From an uncultured Lachnospiraceae bacterium (lineage in GTDB: Bacteria > Bacillota > Clostridia > Lachnospirales > Lachnospiraceae), in assembly GCA_947629385.1 (NCBI GenBank), contig CANRDO010000001.1, positions 107,535 through 171,534 of the forward strand: 64,000 nucleotides of DNA, written 5' to 3'. Made by a program: the position numbers and the translations under genes. Below, piece after piece: positions 37,018 to 46,464 of the stretch (positions are counted from its first letter, which is position 1; each line of letters starts with the position of its first letter). Under the pieces are notes generated by a model that saw nothing but the letters and a program-made list of their open reading frames with translations, did no database searches and was not told where the DNA came from.

Positions 37018-37278
37018 ATGCCACAGATTATTCCTATTAAAGATTTGAAAAATACATCGGAGATTTCTGAATGGTGTCATAAGTCGGCTGAACCAATTTA
37101 CATCACAAAAAACGGATATGGAGATATGGTTATTATGAGTATGGAAACCTATGAAAATACTATGCGGCGGCTTTCTGTATACAAGGATATCGAATTGTCA
37201 GAAAAGCAAGCCCAAAATGGTCAGGTTAAGGAGGCCAGATCGGCTTTAGCGGGGATAAGAACAAAATATGGTATATAA
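37018..37278 (+). CDS. type II antitoxin, Phd/YefM family
   Basis: MPQIIPIKDLKNTSEISEWCHKSAEPIYITKNGYGDMVIMSMETYE. Overlaps the downstream toxin gene by 11 nt. Confidence 0.8.
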   Translation: MPQIIPIKDLKNTSEISEWCHKSAEPIYITKNGYGDMVIMSMETYENTMRRLSVYKDIELSEKQAQNGQVKEARSALAGIRTKYGI

Positions 37279-37579
37279 ATTGATAATTACAGAGCATGCA
37301 AATGAACTGCTGGATTCTGCTTTGCGATATTTGATATATCAACTGAAAAATGAACAAGCGACCGTGCATTTATTAGATGAAGTGGAAAAGGTATATGATC
37401 GTTTGGAAGAAAACCCAATGCAATTTCCGCTTAGCAGGGATGCCTATTTGGCAGGAAAAGGATACCATGAGGCCGTTGTTGGACAAATGAATTATATCAT
37501 ACTGTTTCGTATAGAAACAGATTTTGTATTGATAGCAGGGATTTTTCATCAGTTGGAAAATTATTGGAAGAAATTATAA
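37268..37579 (+). CDS. type II toxin, RelE/ParE family
   Basis: 103 aa. Position directly after the antitoxin and a ...YIILFRIETDFVLIAGIFHQLENY C-terminus are typical of ParE/RelE. Confidence 0.7.
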   Translation: MVYKLIITEHANELLDSALRYLIYQLKNEQATVHLLDEVEKVYDRLEENPMQFPLSRDAYLAGKGYHEAVVGQMNYIILFRIETDFVLIAGIFHQLENYWKKL

Positions 37580-37613
37580 CGGCTGCATGCTTTTAGATGT
37601 CGGAGGTAATCAA

Positions 37614-37844
37614 ATGCGCTTGGAGAAATTGCAGGATTATTTGAGAGGGAAAGGCTGGAAGTATTCCTATGCGGAGGAGGACGGCTGCGGAAGCATCGAC
37701 TGGGAGCACAGAGGCCTTACGTATCATGTATGGGAATTCCCGGAGAACGGCGCGGAGAGCAATGTGAAAAACGTGGGAAAGATGGAAGACTATATCGGAG
37801 ATTATGAGACGGAGATCCTGAGAATCATAGAAAGCTGGGGTTGA
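37614..37844 (+). CDS. hypothetical small protein
   Basis: 76 aa from ATG 37614 (GGAGG 7 nt upstream). I recognise no motif. Confidence 0.4.
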   Translation: MRLEKLQDYLRGKGWKYSYAEEDGCGSIDWEHRGLTYHVWEFPENGAESNVKNVGKMEDYIGDYETEILRIIESWG

Positions 37845-38126
37845 TGCTTGCCCCGCAAACGGATTTATGCTAAGATAGAACAGTAGTTATTTCGTTATTA
37901 TTTGTCTGGAAAATGACAGTTCGGCTGTCAGGGAAGGAATTACAGAGGTGCTGTTAATCATTGCTTACACTCCATGCAAGGTTTGAGGACACTGCATGGA
38001 GGATGACAAGACGGATATTTCGGAGGGAGATTCTGAAATCTGTTCCGCAGCTGTCCTCGGACTTTGCATCTTGATTTGTAGCTGAAAAAGGAAATATGAT
38101 ATCAAATCAAAGGAGCAAAGTCAAAA

Positions 38127-39494
38127 ATGAAAAAAGAAAATAGAGGGAAAAATGTTGTCTCAAAAGACAAAGCAGGAAAGGGAGGAACAAGGAAAACCGG
38201 AGTTGAGAGCCTCAGGCCGTATCTGCTGCTCTGGAGCACACAGTCGCTCTCGGGGCTCGGCAGCGGCATGACAAGCTACGCGCTGGTGCTGTGGCTGTAT
38301 CTGCGTACCGGTTCCGCGCTCGGGACCGCGCTTTTGTCGGTTTGCTCATACGCGCCATATGTAGCGATGAGTATTTTTGCGGGCGCCTTGAGTGACCGTT
38401 GGAACAAAAAGCGCACGATGCTGGTCTGCGATCTGATCGCGGCGCTTAGCACGGTGGTTGTGTTCGGGCTGATCCGGACGGATTTGCTTGTCGCGGGGCA
38501 TTTATATGTGTTGAATGCGCTGAACGGTTTGATGAACACGATCCAGCAGCCTGCGGGCGAGGTGGCGGCGACGCTTTTGATCCCGAAGGAGTATTATCAA
38601 AAGACGAGCGGTCTGCGATCCTTTTCGCAGTCGCTGACCTCGATCCTGACGCCGATCCTGGCGACGGCGTTTTTCGCGTTCGGAGGGATCGAAGTGGTGA
38701 TTGTCTTCGATCTGTTTACGTTTGCGCTTGCGTTTCTGACACTTCTGCTGTTCATCGAGGTGCCGGAGGACAAGACGGCAAAGCAGGCGGAGGAGAAGCT
38801 GCTCACATCCGCGAAAGCAGGGCTTGCGTGGCTGAGGCACAATCCGCTGATCACGAATCTGATCCTGTTCCTCGCGGCGATCAATCTGGTAGCGTCGATG
38901 TACGACGCGGCGCTTCCGGCGATGCTTCTGTCGAAGTCGAACGGTGGAGAGACAGTGCTCGGGATCGTCAATACGAGCGTCGGTATCGCGACGCTTCTGG
39001 GCAGCGTGTTTGTCACGATGCTTCCGGCGCCGAAAAATCGGGTGCGTGTGATCTGCCTTACGCTTTTTCTCTCAATGAGCACGGAGAATTTTCTGCTCGC
39101 ATTCGGGCGCACGCCGCTTGTCTGGTGTATCGGAGCGGTGCTCGGCTGGGTGGTGATCCCGTTGATGAACGCGAATATGGACGTGATCTTTCGCAGTTCG
39201 ATACCGGTCGATATGCAGGGACGTGTCTACTCCTGCCGTAATACGCTGCAGTTTTTCACGATACCGGCAGGCTTCCTTGCGGGCGGTTTCTTCGTTGACA
39301 AGGTTTTTGAGCCTTTTATGGCGTCACAGACAGATGGCCTTTGGATGACCCTTTTCGGGTCGGGAAAGGGCTCCGGCGCGGCCTTTCTGTTTTTCGTGAT
39401 CGGCGTCGCTGGGGTGCTGATCTGCATGTTCTTTGGCGCGAAGCTCTGGAACTATGAATGGCGGGAGCCGGAAAGCGATGAATTGAAAAAGTAG
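38127..39494 (+). CDS. MFS transporter (EntS/macrolide-efflux-like subfamily)
   Basis: 455 aa, about 12 TM. FAGALSDRWNKKRTM loop motif. Confidence 0.8.
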   Translation: MKKENRGKNVVSKDKAGKGGTRKTGVESLRPYLLLWSTQSLSGLGSGMTSYALVLWLYLRTGSALGTALLSVCSYAPYVAMSIFAGALSDRWNKKRTMLVCDLIAALSTVVVFGLIRTDLLVAGHLYVLNALNGLMNTIQQPAGEVAATLLIPKEYYQKTSGLRSFSQSLTSILTPILATAFFAFGGIEVVIVFDLFTFALAFLTLLLFIEVPEDKTAKQAEEKLLTSAKAGLAWLRHNPLITNLILFLAAINLVASMYDAALPAMLLSKSNGGETVLGIVNTSVGIATLLGSVFVTMLPAPKNRVRVICLTLFLSMSTENFLLAFGRTPLVWCIGAVLGWVVIPLMNANMDVIFRSSIPVDMQGRVYSCRNTLQFFTIPAGFLAGGFFVDKVFEPFMASQTDGLWMTLFGSGKGSGAAFLFFVIGVAGVLICMFFGAKLWNYEWREPESDELKK

Positions 39495-39509
39495 GCAAAA
39501 TGATCTATA

Positions 39510-39545
39510 CCGGGGGAGAACTCAGGTTCTTTCCCGGTCTTTTGG
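39510..39545 (+). terminator. rho-independent terminator after the MFS gene
   Basis: A 12-bp stem (ccgggggagaac with gttctttcccgg, two G-U pairs), loop tcag, then TCTTTTGG. Confidence 0.8.
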
Positions 39546-39605
39546 ATATTCAGGTGTTCAGGATCGATTGCGGATCAAAAACAGCATGAAAGAAAAGGAG
39601 ACAGT

Positions 39606-40550
39606 ATGGCGTCAGAAAGCAACAATGTTCAAAGAGATGAAATGTCAGCGATTGACATGAACGGGCAGGCTGCGAAGCCGGGCAAAGAGCAGGCCAGGTT
39701 TCCGCTCTGCGCTGTGATGAGTTTGGAGAAATTCCGGGAATGCAGGGATCAGTTCGCGCATTATGGAGAGTTGATGCACAGTCTCAGCAGGGCGATCCGC
39801 TACTGCAAGGCGGAGGCATATAAGGACTGTGTGATCGGTACAATCCGGGTTCCGCAGAAGAAGGAAGGAAAAGAACCTGCCTTCACATTTGCGTATTATC
39901 TGACCGAACAGGCTGTCGTTTTTATTGAGAGTGAGGGAAAACTCAAGACATGGCTTTCCAAGCACGCGGCGACGCTTCCGCAGTCGGGCACGCCCGCACA
40001 AATTCTTGTGTCGATTTTGAAGCAGATGACAGACGACGATCTGCTGTACCTTCTTCACATTGAAACTGAGATCGAGCAGATGGAAGAGGAGGTCGAGACA
40101 GGTATCGCGAAGGAATTTTTTGCGACATTGACACAGCGCAGGCACAAGCTGTCTGAGCTGAATGCCTACTATATGCAACTGGGGGAGATCGGGGAGTTTT
40201 TCCAGTCCGAGGTTTGCCGGCCGATCGTCCAAAACGAGCAGGAGTGGGATCGTTTTGCCCACCGTGCGGAGCGGCTGCAGGGCCATGTACAGCTATTGCG
40301 CGAGAATATGACACAGCTGCGCGAACTCTTCCAGTCGGTGCAGGACGCGCGGCAGAACCGGATCATGGGGATCATTACGATCATCACCACAGTGTTCTTC
40401 CCGCTGTCACTGCTGACCGGCTGGTACGGCATGAACTTCGTCAACATGCCGGAGCTGCAGTGGGAGTACAGCTATTTTGTCATGATCTTTGTGGTCGTCG
40501 TGATCGTGACGGCGGAGATCATTTACTTTAAGAAAAAGAAATTCTTTTGA
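39606..40550 (+). CDS. corA: CorA-family Mg2+/Co2+ transporter
   Basis: GWYGMNF (GMN motif) followed by two C-terminal TM helices. Confidence 0.85.
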   Translation: MASESNNVQRDEMSAIDMNGQAAKPGKEQARFPLCAVMSLEKFRECRDQFAHYGELMHSLSRAIRYCKAEAYKDCVIGTIRVPQKKEGKEPAFTFAYYLTEQAVVFIESEGKLKTWLSKHAATLPQSGTPAQILVSILKQMTDDDLLYLLHIETEIEQMEEEVETGIAKEFFATLTQRRHKLSELNAYYMQLGEIGEFFQSEVCRPIVQNEQEWDRFAHRAERLQGHVQLLRENMTQLRELFQSVQDARQNRIMGIITIITTVFFPLSLLTGWYGMNFVNMPELQWEYSYFVMIFVVVVIVTAEIIYFKKKKFF

Positions 40551-40652
40551 TTCCGGCTGCTTCAGTGACGGAAAAGCTGATAGCAAGGGTATTATTATAT
40601 TTAGGATACGTGGGAAAAAGGAAGTTGTGAGATCATTGGAGGCTGCGGTCAG

Positions 40653-41804
40653 ATGAGAAATCTGGAGCTTTATCTGCATATTCCGTTTTGCGTCAGGAAA
40701 TGCGCGTATTGTGATTTTCTGTCCGCTCCGGCTGAACGAGAGCAACAGGAGGTTTATCTTCGCGCGCTGAAAAGAGAGATTGAAGCGTTTCCGGATAAGG
40801 AGACATATCAGGTCAGCTCGGTCTTTTTCGGCGGCGGGACGCCGTCGATCCTGCCTGCAGAGCGGATCGCGGAGCTGATGGAGCTTTTATACCGGAAGTT
40901 TCGGATTGGGCAGGACGCGGAAGTGACGATCGAGTGCAATCCGGGAACGGCGGACGCAGAGAAGCTGCGGATTTATCGGGAGGCCGGGATTAACCGGCTC
41001 AGTCTGGGCCTGCAGTCGGCGGATGACCGAGAGCTTGCCCTGCTCGGGCGCATCCATACGTGGGAGGATTTTCTGCGCACGTATGAGGAGGCGCGGGAGG
41101 CGGGTTTTGCGAATCTCAATGTCGACCTGATGTCGGCGCTGCCGGGGCAGACGCTGCGGTCGTGGGAGCGGACGCTGGAGCAGGTGCTTGCTCTTGCGCC
41201 GGAGCATGTTTCCGCGTACAGCCTGATCATAGAAGAGGGAACGCCTTTTTACGAACGGTATCATGAGGACGCTGAAAGGCGGGAGCGCGGGGAGCAGACG
41301 CGGGAACTGCCCTCCGAGGATGAGGAGCGGGAAATGTACCGGCTCACGGAGCAGATGCTTTTAGAGACCGGGATGCGGCGGTATGAGATCTCCAACTATG
41401 CGATTCCCGGATATGAGTGCCGGCATAATATCGGTTACTGGACCGGCGTGGAGTATGTGGGTTTCGGGCTCGGGGCGGCGTCGTATTTAAAATTTACCCG
41501 GTATCGCAATCCGGAGAATATGCAGGCGTACCTAGCTGGAGATTTTTCCGGACGGGAGATCACGCCGCTCTCTGAAAACGAGCGGATGGAGGAATTCATG
41601 TTCCTCGGACTGCGCATGACGCGGGGCATATCGGAACGAGAATTTCGGGAGAAATTCGGGAGAACAGTCGAGAAGGTATACGGTCCGGTGCTGAGGAAGC
41701 ATTGCGCCGACGGCTTGCTGCGTCGGGAGGGCGGAAGGATTGCCCTGACCGCGCGCGGAATGGATCTGAGCAATGTAGTGATGGCGGATTTTCTGCTGGA
41801 ATGA
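40653..41804 (+). CDS. hemW: radical SAM heme chaperone HemW (coproporphyrinogen III oxidase-like)
   Basis: YLHIPFCVRKCAYCDF (CxxxCxxC), GGGTPS, HemN_C-type tail. Confidence 0.9.
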   Translation: MRNLELYLHIPFCVRKCAYCDFLSAPAEREQQEVYLRALKREIEAFPDKETYQVSSVFFGGGTPSILPAERIAELMELLYRKFRIGQDAEVTIECNPGTADAEKLRIYREAGINRLSLGLQSADDRELALLGRIHTWEDFLRTYEEAREAGFANLNVDLMSALPGQTLRSWERTLEQVLALAPEHVSAYSLIIEEGTPFYERYHEDAERRERGEQTRELPSEDEEREMYRLTEQMLLETGMRRYEISNYAIPGYECRHNIGYWTGVEYVGFGLGAASYLKFTRYRNPENMQAYLAGDFSGREITPLSENERMEEFMFLGLRMTRGISEREFREKFGRTVEKVYGPVLRKHCADGLLRREGGRIALTARGMDLSNVVMADFLLE

Positions 41805-41919
41805 AAACGTAGTATTTAGAATATTCTTTATTCGAATCATATAGAAGAAAAATAAAAGCAAAAAAACGGGAATAGAAACAGAACGATAATAGAAAACGAA
41901 TCGACAGGAGGCAGAGAAG

Positions 41920-43371
41920 ATGAAGGTATTACAAGGGTTGGAGCCGCAGAGCGTTTTTGATTTTTTTGAGCAGATCTGCGCGATCCCGCACACCTCGCGC
42001 CATGAGAAGGCGCTGAGCGATTTCTGCGTGGAATTTGCGAGGGAGCGCTCTCTGGAGCACATGCAGGACGAGATGGGAAATGTGATCATCGTCAAGGAGG
42101 CGACGTCCGGCTATGAGGAGGTGGAGCCGCTGATCATTCAGGGACATCTCGACATGGTGGGTGACAAGACGGCTGAGTGTGATCTGGATCTGGAGAAGGA
42201 CGGACTGCGCCTGAGAGTGGATGGCGATTTTATCAGCGCGGAGGGCACGACGCTGGGCGGAGACGACGGGATCGCGATCGCCTACGCGCTGGCGATCCTG
42301 GACGCGCAGGATATCCCGCATCCACGCATTGAGGCGGTGATGACAGTGGACGAGGAGATCGGGCTGCTTGGAGCGACAGAGATCGATCTGTCGATGTGCC
42401 GTGGAAGGCGCCTGCTGAACCTCGACTCGGAGGAGGAAGGAGTCCTGACGACAGGTTGCGCCGGAGGAAGAAGAGCGCACTGCCGGATTCCGGTGAAGCG
42501 TGTGAAGCAGCAGGGGATCAGCGTGCAGCTGAGGCTGGAAGGACTGCTGGGCGGGCATTCCGGGACGGAGATCAACAAAGGGCGCGTGAACGCATGCGTG
42601 GAGATGGGCAGATTCTTTGCGCTCCTGCGGGAGAAAACAGAGTACGGTCTGGCTGAATTCTCCGGGGGCGTCAAGGACAATGTGATCCCCAAGAGCGCCG
42701 ACGCCAGGATTGTGATCGGACAGAAGGAGATCGATACTCTCCGGGCGGTCGTGGCGGAGTTTGAGAGGCAGATGCGCGCGGAGTACGGCACAGCGGATCC
42801 GGAGCTTCGTCTCACCACGGATGAGCGGGGGCAATGCGAACTGCCGGTTCTGGATAGGGACTCGCTCGGTCTTGTCCTGGACGCGCTGAATCTGATGCCG
42901 AACGGCGTCCAGTCCATGAGCGCGGATCTGCCGGGGCTTGTGGAGACTTCTATGAACATGGGAGTGGCAGAGCTCGGGGAGGACGCGCTGATGCTGGACG
43001 AGTCGATCCGAAGCTCCGTGACGTCCGCGAAGGAGCAGATGGCGCGCAAGGTGCAGACGCTTGTCAGACGGCTCGGCGGAAGCGTGGAATTTTCCGGCGA
43101 TTATCCGGCCTGGCCGTACGCGAAGGATTCGAAGCTGCGTGAGATCTGCGTGGAGCTTTTTGAGAAGCTCTACCACAGGAAGCCGGAGGTTCTGGTAATC
43201 CATGCGGGCCTGGAATGCGGCATCCTCTCCGACAAGCTTCCGGGGCTGGACTGCATCTCCATGGGTCCGAATCTTCTGGATATCCACACTCCTCAGGAGC
43301 GCATGTCGATCTCATCAGTCGAACGGACGTGGGAATATCTGAAGGCGATTCTTGCCTACAAGGAAGAGTAA
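41920..43371 (+). CDS. pepD: aminoacyl-histidine (Xaa-His) dipeptidase, M20C
   Basis: 483 aa. VFDFFEQICAIPHTSRHEK, IIQGHLDMV, TVDEEIGLLGA. Confidence 0.85.
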   Translation: MKVLQGLEPQSVFDFFEQICAIPHTSRHEKALSDFCVEFARERSLEHMQDEMGNVIIVKEATSGYEEVEPLIIQGHLDMVGDKTAECDLDLEKDGLRLRVDGDFISAEGTTLGGDDGIAIAYALAILDAQDIPHPRIEAVMTVDEEIGLLGATEIDLSMCRGRRLLNLDSEEEGVLTTGCAGGRRAHCRIPVKRVKQQGISVQLRLEGLLGGHSGTEINKGRVNACVEMGRFFALLREKTEYGLAEFSGGVKDNVIPKSADARIVIGQKEIDTLRAVVAEFERQMRAEYGTADPELRLTTDERGQCELPVLDRDSLGLVLDALNLMPNGVQSMSADLPGLVETSMNMGVAELGEDALMLDESIRSSVTSAKEQMARKVQTLVRRLGGSVEFSGDYPAWPYAKDSKLREICVELFEKLYHRKPEVLVIHAGLECGILSDKLPGLDCISMGPNLLDIHTPQERMSISSVERTWEYLKAILAYKEE

Positions 43372-43407
43372 CACGGAGGCCGTTCAGGATTTGGAGGATA
43401 TAGACAA

Positions 43408-46400
43408 ATGAAGAATCCCCTGTTTGATACGACACTTTCCGTCGAGGAGCGCCTGGACTGGCTGCTCGCTGAGCTGACAATGGATGAGAAGCTGCGCTGC
43501 TTCGCGACGACCGCGCCCGCGATTGAGCGGCTTGGGATCGCAGGCTTCGCCCTGGGCGGCGAGGCGGCCCATGGTGTAGTGAATCGCAACGACCAGAACG
43601 GCCGGGGCGGGCCGGATGTGACGACCTCGTTCGTACAGCCGATCGGTATGAGCGCCACCTGGGATCCGGAGGTGATCCGCGAGGCCGGCGTGGTGACAGG
43701 AACGGAAGCAAGGGTCGTTTTTCACCGCCATCCGCGAGGAGGCTTAAGCCGCTGGGCGCCCACGGTAGATCTGGAGCGCGACCCTCGCTGGGGCCGCACC
43801 GAGGAGGGCTACGGGGAAGATCCGCTGCTGACCGGGGTCATGGCCTCGGCCTACATACAGGGCATGCAGGGCGACGATCCGGAGCATCTGCGCATCGCCG
43901 CTACCTTGAAGCATTTTTACGCGAACAACACAGAGGATGGCCGCTGCAGCAAGTCGGCGTCCGTCGACCCGCGCAACCGCTATGAGCTGTACCTGGAGCC
44001 GTTCCGCAGATGTATCCGCGACGGTCATGCCGAGGCGGTGATGACCGCTTACAACAAGATCAACGGAACTCCCGGGATGCTGAACCCGGAGGTTCGCGAT
44101 ATCCTGAAAAAACAGTACGGCCTTCATCACGCGGTCTGTGACGGCGGAGCGATGGATCTGTGTACAAACAGACATCACTATTTCGGCACGAACGCCGAGA
44201 CCTTCGCATACGCTTTGAAAGCCGGCGTCGACGCCATACCGGACAGGCCGGATGCTGTTGAAGCGGCGGCCAGGGAAGCGTATGAGCTGGGCCTTGTGAC
44301 CCGCGAGGAACTCGACAACGCCCTTCGCAATGTATTCCGCACGCGGATCCGTCTCGGTCTTTTTGACGACGAAAATCCTTATGACAATGTGAGCGAGGCG
44401 GATATCGGCAATTCTGAACACCGCGCGCTCAGCCGCAAGGTCGCGCAGGAATCCATTGTTCTGCTTAAAAATGAAAACAGAACCCTTCCGATCTCAAAAT
44501 CTTCCGTCGGTTCAATCGCGCTGATCGGGCCGCTCGCGGACGCATGGGATCCGGACTGGTACGGAGGCATACCGCCCTATCGAACTACGCTGCGCGAGGG
44601 TATAGAGCGTGAGCTTGGCGGCAAGGACGCACTGGAGGCCTCCGGGCAACTGCTATACTGCGACGGCTACAACCGCGTCCGATTCCTGCTCGGGAACGAG
44701 GAAGGCAGCGGCGGTAGGGGCATCACAGTCTCTGATGACGGCTCCCTTTTGATCACGGAGCATCCCGATCTCTTTGTCCTGCAAGACTGGGGAGAGGGGA
44801 GCTTTCTGATCCGCTGCGAGCGCACCGGAAAATATCTGAACCTTGATCTGCCGCCGGATCAGGAGGCCCGAGGGCAGGATTCGTTCCTGGTGAAAGCAGA
44901 TTCCGACAGCCCGTTCGGCTGGCTTGTGACAGAGCTCATGCACCTGCATGAAGCGGGAAACGGTCGGATTACGCTGACGACGCGCTTGGAACTGCCGCTG
45001 GTCGTGGGCGAGGATGGCGTGCTCGTCTCATGTCAGGGTGGGGTGGCCGCAGAGTTCCTGATGGATGTCGTGGTATCCGGCACAGAGCAGGCATGCGCGC
45101 TTGCCGAAAGCTGCGACACGGTTATTCTCGCGCTTGGCTGCAATCCTGTTATCAACGCCAAGGAGGAGATCGACCGCTCGACGATCGCACTTCCTTTGGC
45201 GCAGGAGAGACTGATGAAGCAGGTATTTGAGACAAACTCAAACGTGATCCTGACCTTGTTCTCCAACTATCCTTACTCAATCTGCTGGGCCGGCGAGCAT
45301 ATTCCCGCGATCCTCTGGAGCGCGACCGGCAGCCAGGATATGGGATCGGCCATGTCGGATATCCTTTTCGGAAAAGCGGCTCCTGCCGGGCGTCTGAACA
45401 TGAGCTGGTACCGTTCTGACGATCAGCTTCCGGACATCGACGACTACGACATTATCAAGGGTGGCCGTACCTACCGATATTTTGAGGGCGAGGTTCTGTA
45501 TCCGTTCGGACACGGCCTGACCTATACGGATTTTGCATATTCCGAACTTTGCGCGAAGCTTTCGGATACACCCGATGGCAGAGCGGACTCGATCGGTCAG
45601 GCATCAGACTCTGCAGGTCGGTCGCCAGGCGGCTGCATTTGCGTATCCTTCCGCGTGACCAACACAGGCGACGCGGCGAGCGACGAGGTGGCGCAGGTCT
45701 ACGGAAAGGCTCCGCGCTCCCGCGTGAAAAAACCGCTGCGCCAGCTGCTCGCATTCCGGCGCATAAAAAATGTCCTGCCCGGAGAGACAAGGCAGGTAGA
45801 GTTTTGGATCCCGGTGGAGGAGCTGCGCTTCTATGACACCGTCAGCGGCACCTTGATGGTCGAGGAGGGAGAATATCAGATTTTCGCGGGACGATCCAGC
45901 GCGGACCTGCCGTTGCAGACCTCCGTCCGGATTCCGGGTGAGCATCCCGGGCACAGGATGCTGGGCGCAGGCCGCCACAAAGCCGATCACTATGATGACT
46001 ACGAGAATATCTTGCTCACCGAGGGACATTTCGGATACACGGCAGTCGCCCCGAAGGCTGATTCTGCCGCGGACGCCGTTGCAACAGTCGTTCAGACGAC
46101 AGGCACGCTCATCTACCGGGACTGTGAGTTCCCACCGAATGCGCGCGTGCTCTGGCTCCATCTGAAAAGTCAAAACGGCTGCTCTGTGGAGATCCTGATC
46201 GACGGAAGACCGGCCGGAAGCTGGTCAGGCGACACCAGGGCCTACACAACTGAACCGAGATTTCTGCCGGACGAGCGGGCGCGCCGCGAGGAAGCTGCCA
46301 TTCAGGCGAACCCTCGCGCGGTCTACACTGACGTCCGGCTCGAGCTGAGATTGTCGCCGGATCGTCCCTGCACGCTTGAGATCAGAATAAGCGGCGACGT

Positions 46401-46428
46401 CAATCTCTGCTATTTCAGGGCAGAGTAA
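43408..46428 (+). CDS. GH3 glycoside hydrolase (beta-glucosidase/xylosidase type) with Fn3-like and extra C-terminal domains
   Basis: 1006 aa. KHFYANN, GH3 N- and C-terminal domains, an Fn3-like segment (EVAQVYGKAPRSRVKKPLRQLLAFRRI). No signal peptide. Confidence 0.8.
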   Translation: MKNPLFDTTLSVEERLDWLLAELTMDEKLRCFATTAPAIERLGIAGFALGGEAAHGVVNRNDQNGRGGPDVTTSFVQPIGMSATWDPEVIREAGVVTGTEARVVFHRHPRGGLSRWAPTVDLERDPRWGRTEEGYGEDPLLTGVMASAYIQGMQGDDPEHLRIAATLKHFYANNTEDGRCSKSASVDPRNRYELYLEPFRRCIRDGHAEAVMTAYNKINGTPGMLNPEVRDILKKQYGLHHAVCDGGAMDLCTNRHHYFGTNAETFAYALKAGVDAIPDRPDAVEAAAREAYELGLVTREELDNALRNVFRTRIRLGLFDDENPYDNVSEADIGNSEHRALSRKVAQESIVLLKNENRTLPISKSSVGSIALIGPLADAWDPDWYGGIPPYRTTLREGIERELGGKDALEASGQLLYCDGYNRVRFLLGNEEGSGGRGITVSDDGSLLITEHPDLFVLQDWGEGSFLIRCERTGKYLNLDLPPDQEARGQDSFLVKADSDSPFGWLVTELMHLHEAGNGRITLTTRLELPLVVGEDGVLVSCQGGVAAEFLMDVVVSGTEQACALAESCDTVILALGCNPVINAKEEIDRSTIALPLAQERLMKQVFETNSNVILTLFSNYPYSICWAGEHIPAILWSATGSQDMGSAMSDILFGKAAPAGRLNMSWYRSDDQLPDIDDYDIIKGGRTYRYFEGEVLYPFGHGLTYTDFAYSELCAKLSDTPDGRADSIGQASDSAGRSPGGCICVSFRVTNTGDAASDEVAQVYGKAPRSRVKKPLRQLLAFRRIKNVLPGETRQVEFWIPVEELRFYDTVSGTLMVEEGEYQIFAGRSSADLPLQTSVRIPGEHPGHRMLGAGRHKADHYDDYENILLTEGHFGYTAVAPKADSAADAVATVVQTTGTLIYRDCEFPPNARVLWLHLKSQNGCSVEILIDGRPAGSWSGDTRAYTTEPRFLPDERARREEAAIQANPRAVYTDVRLELRLSPDRPCTLEIRISGDVNLCYFRAE

Positions 46429-46464
46429 ATGGAATACAGATCGGTGAGAAAAAGGAGGACAGTT

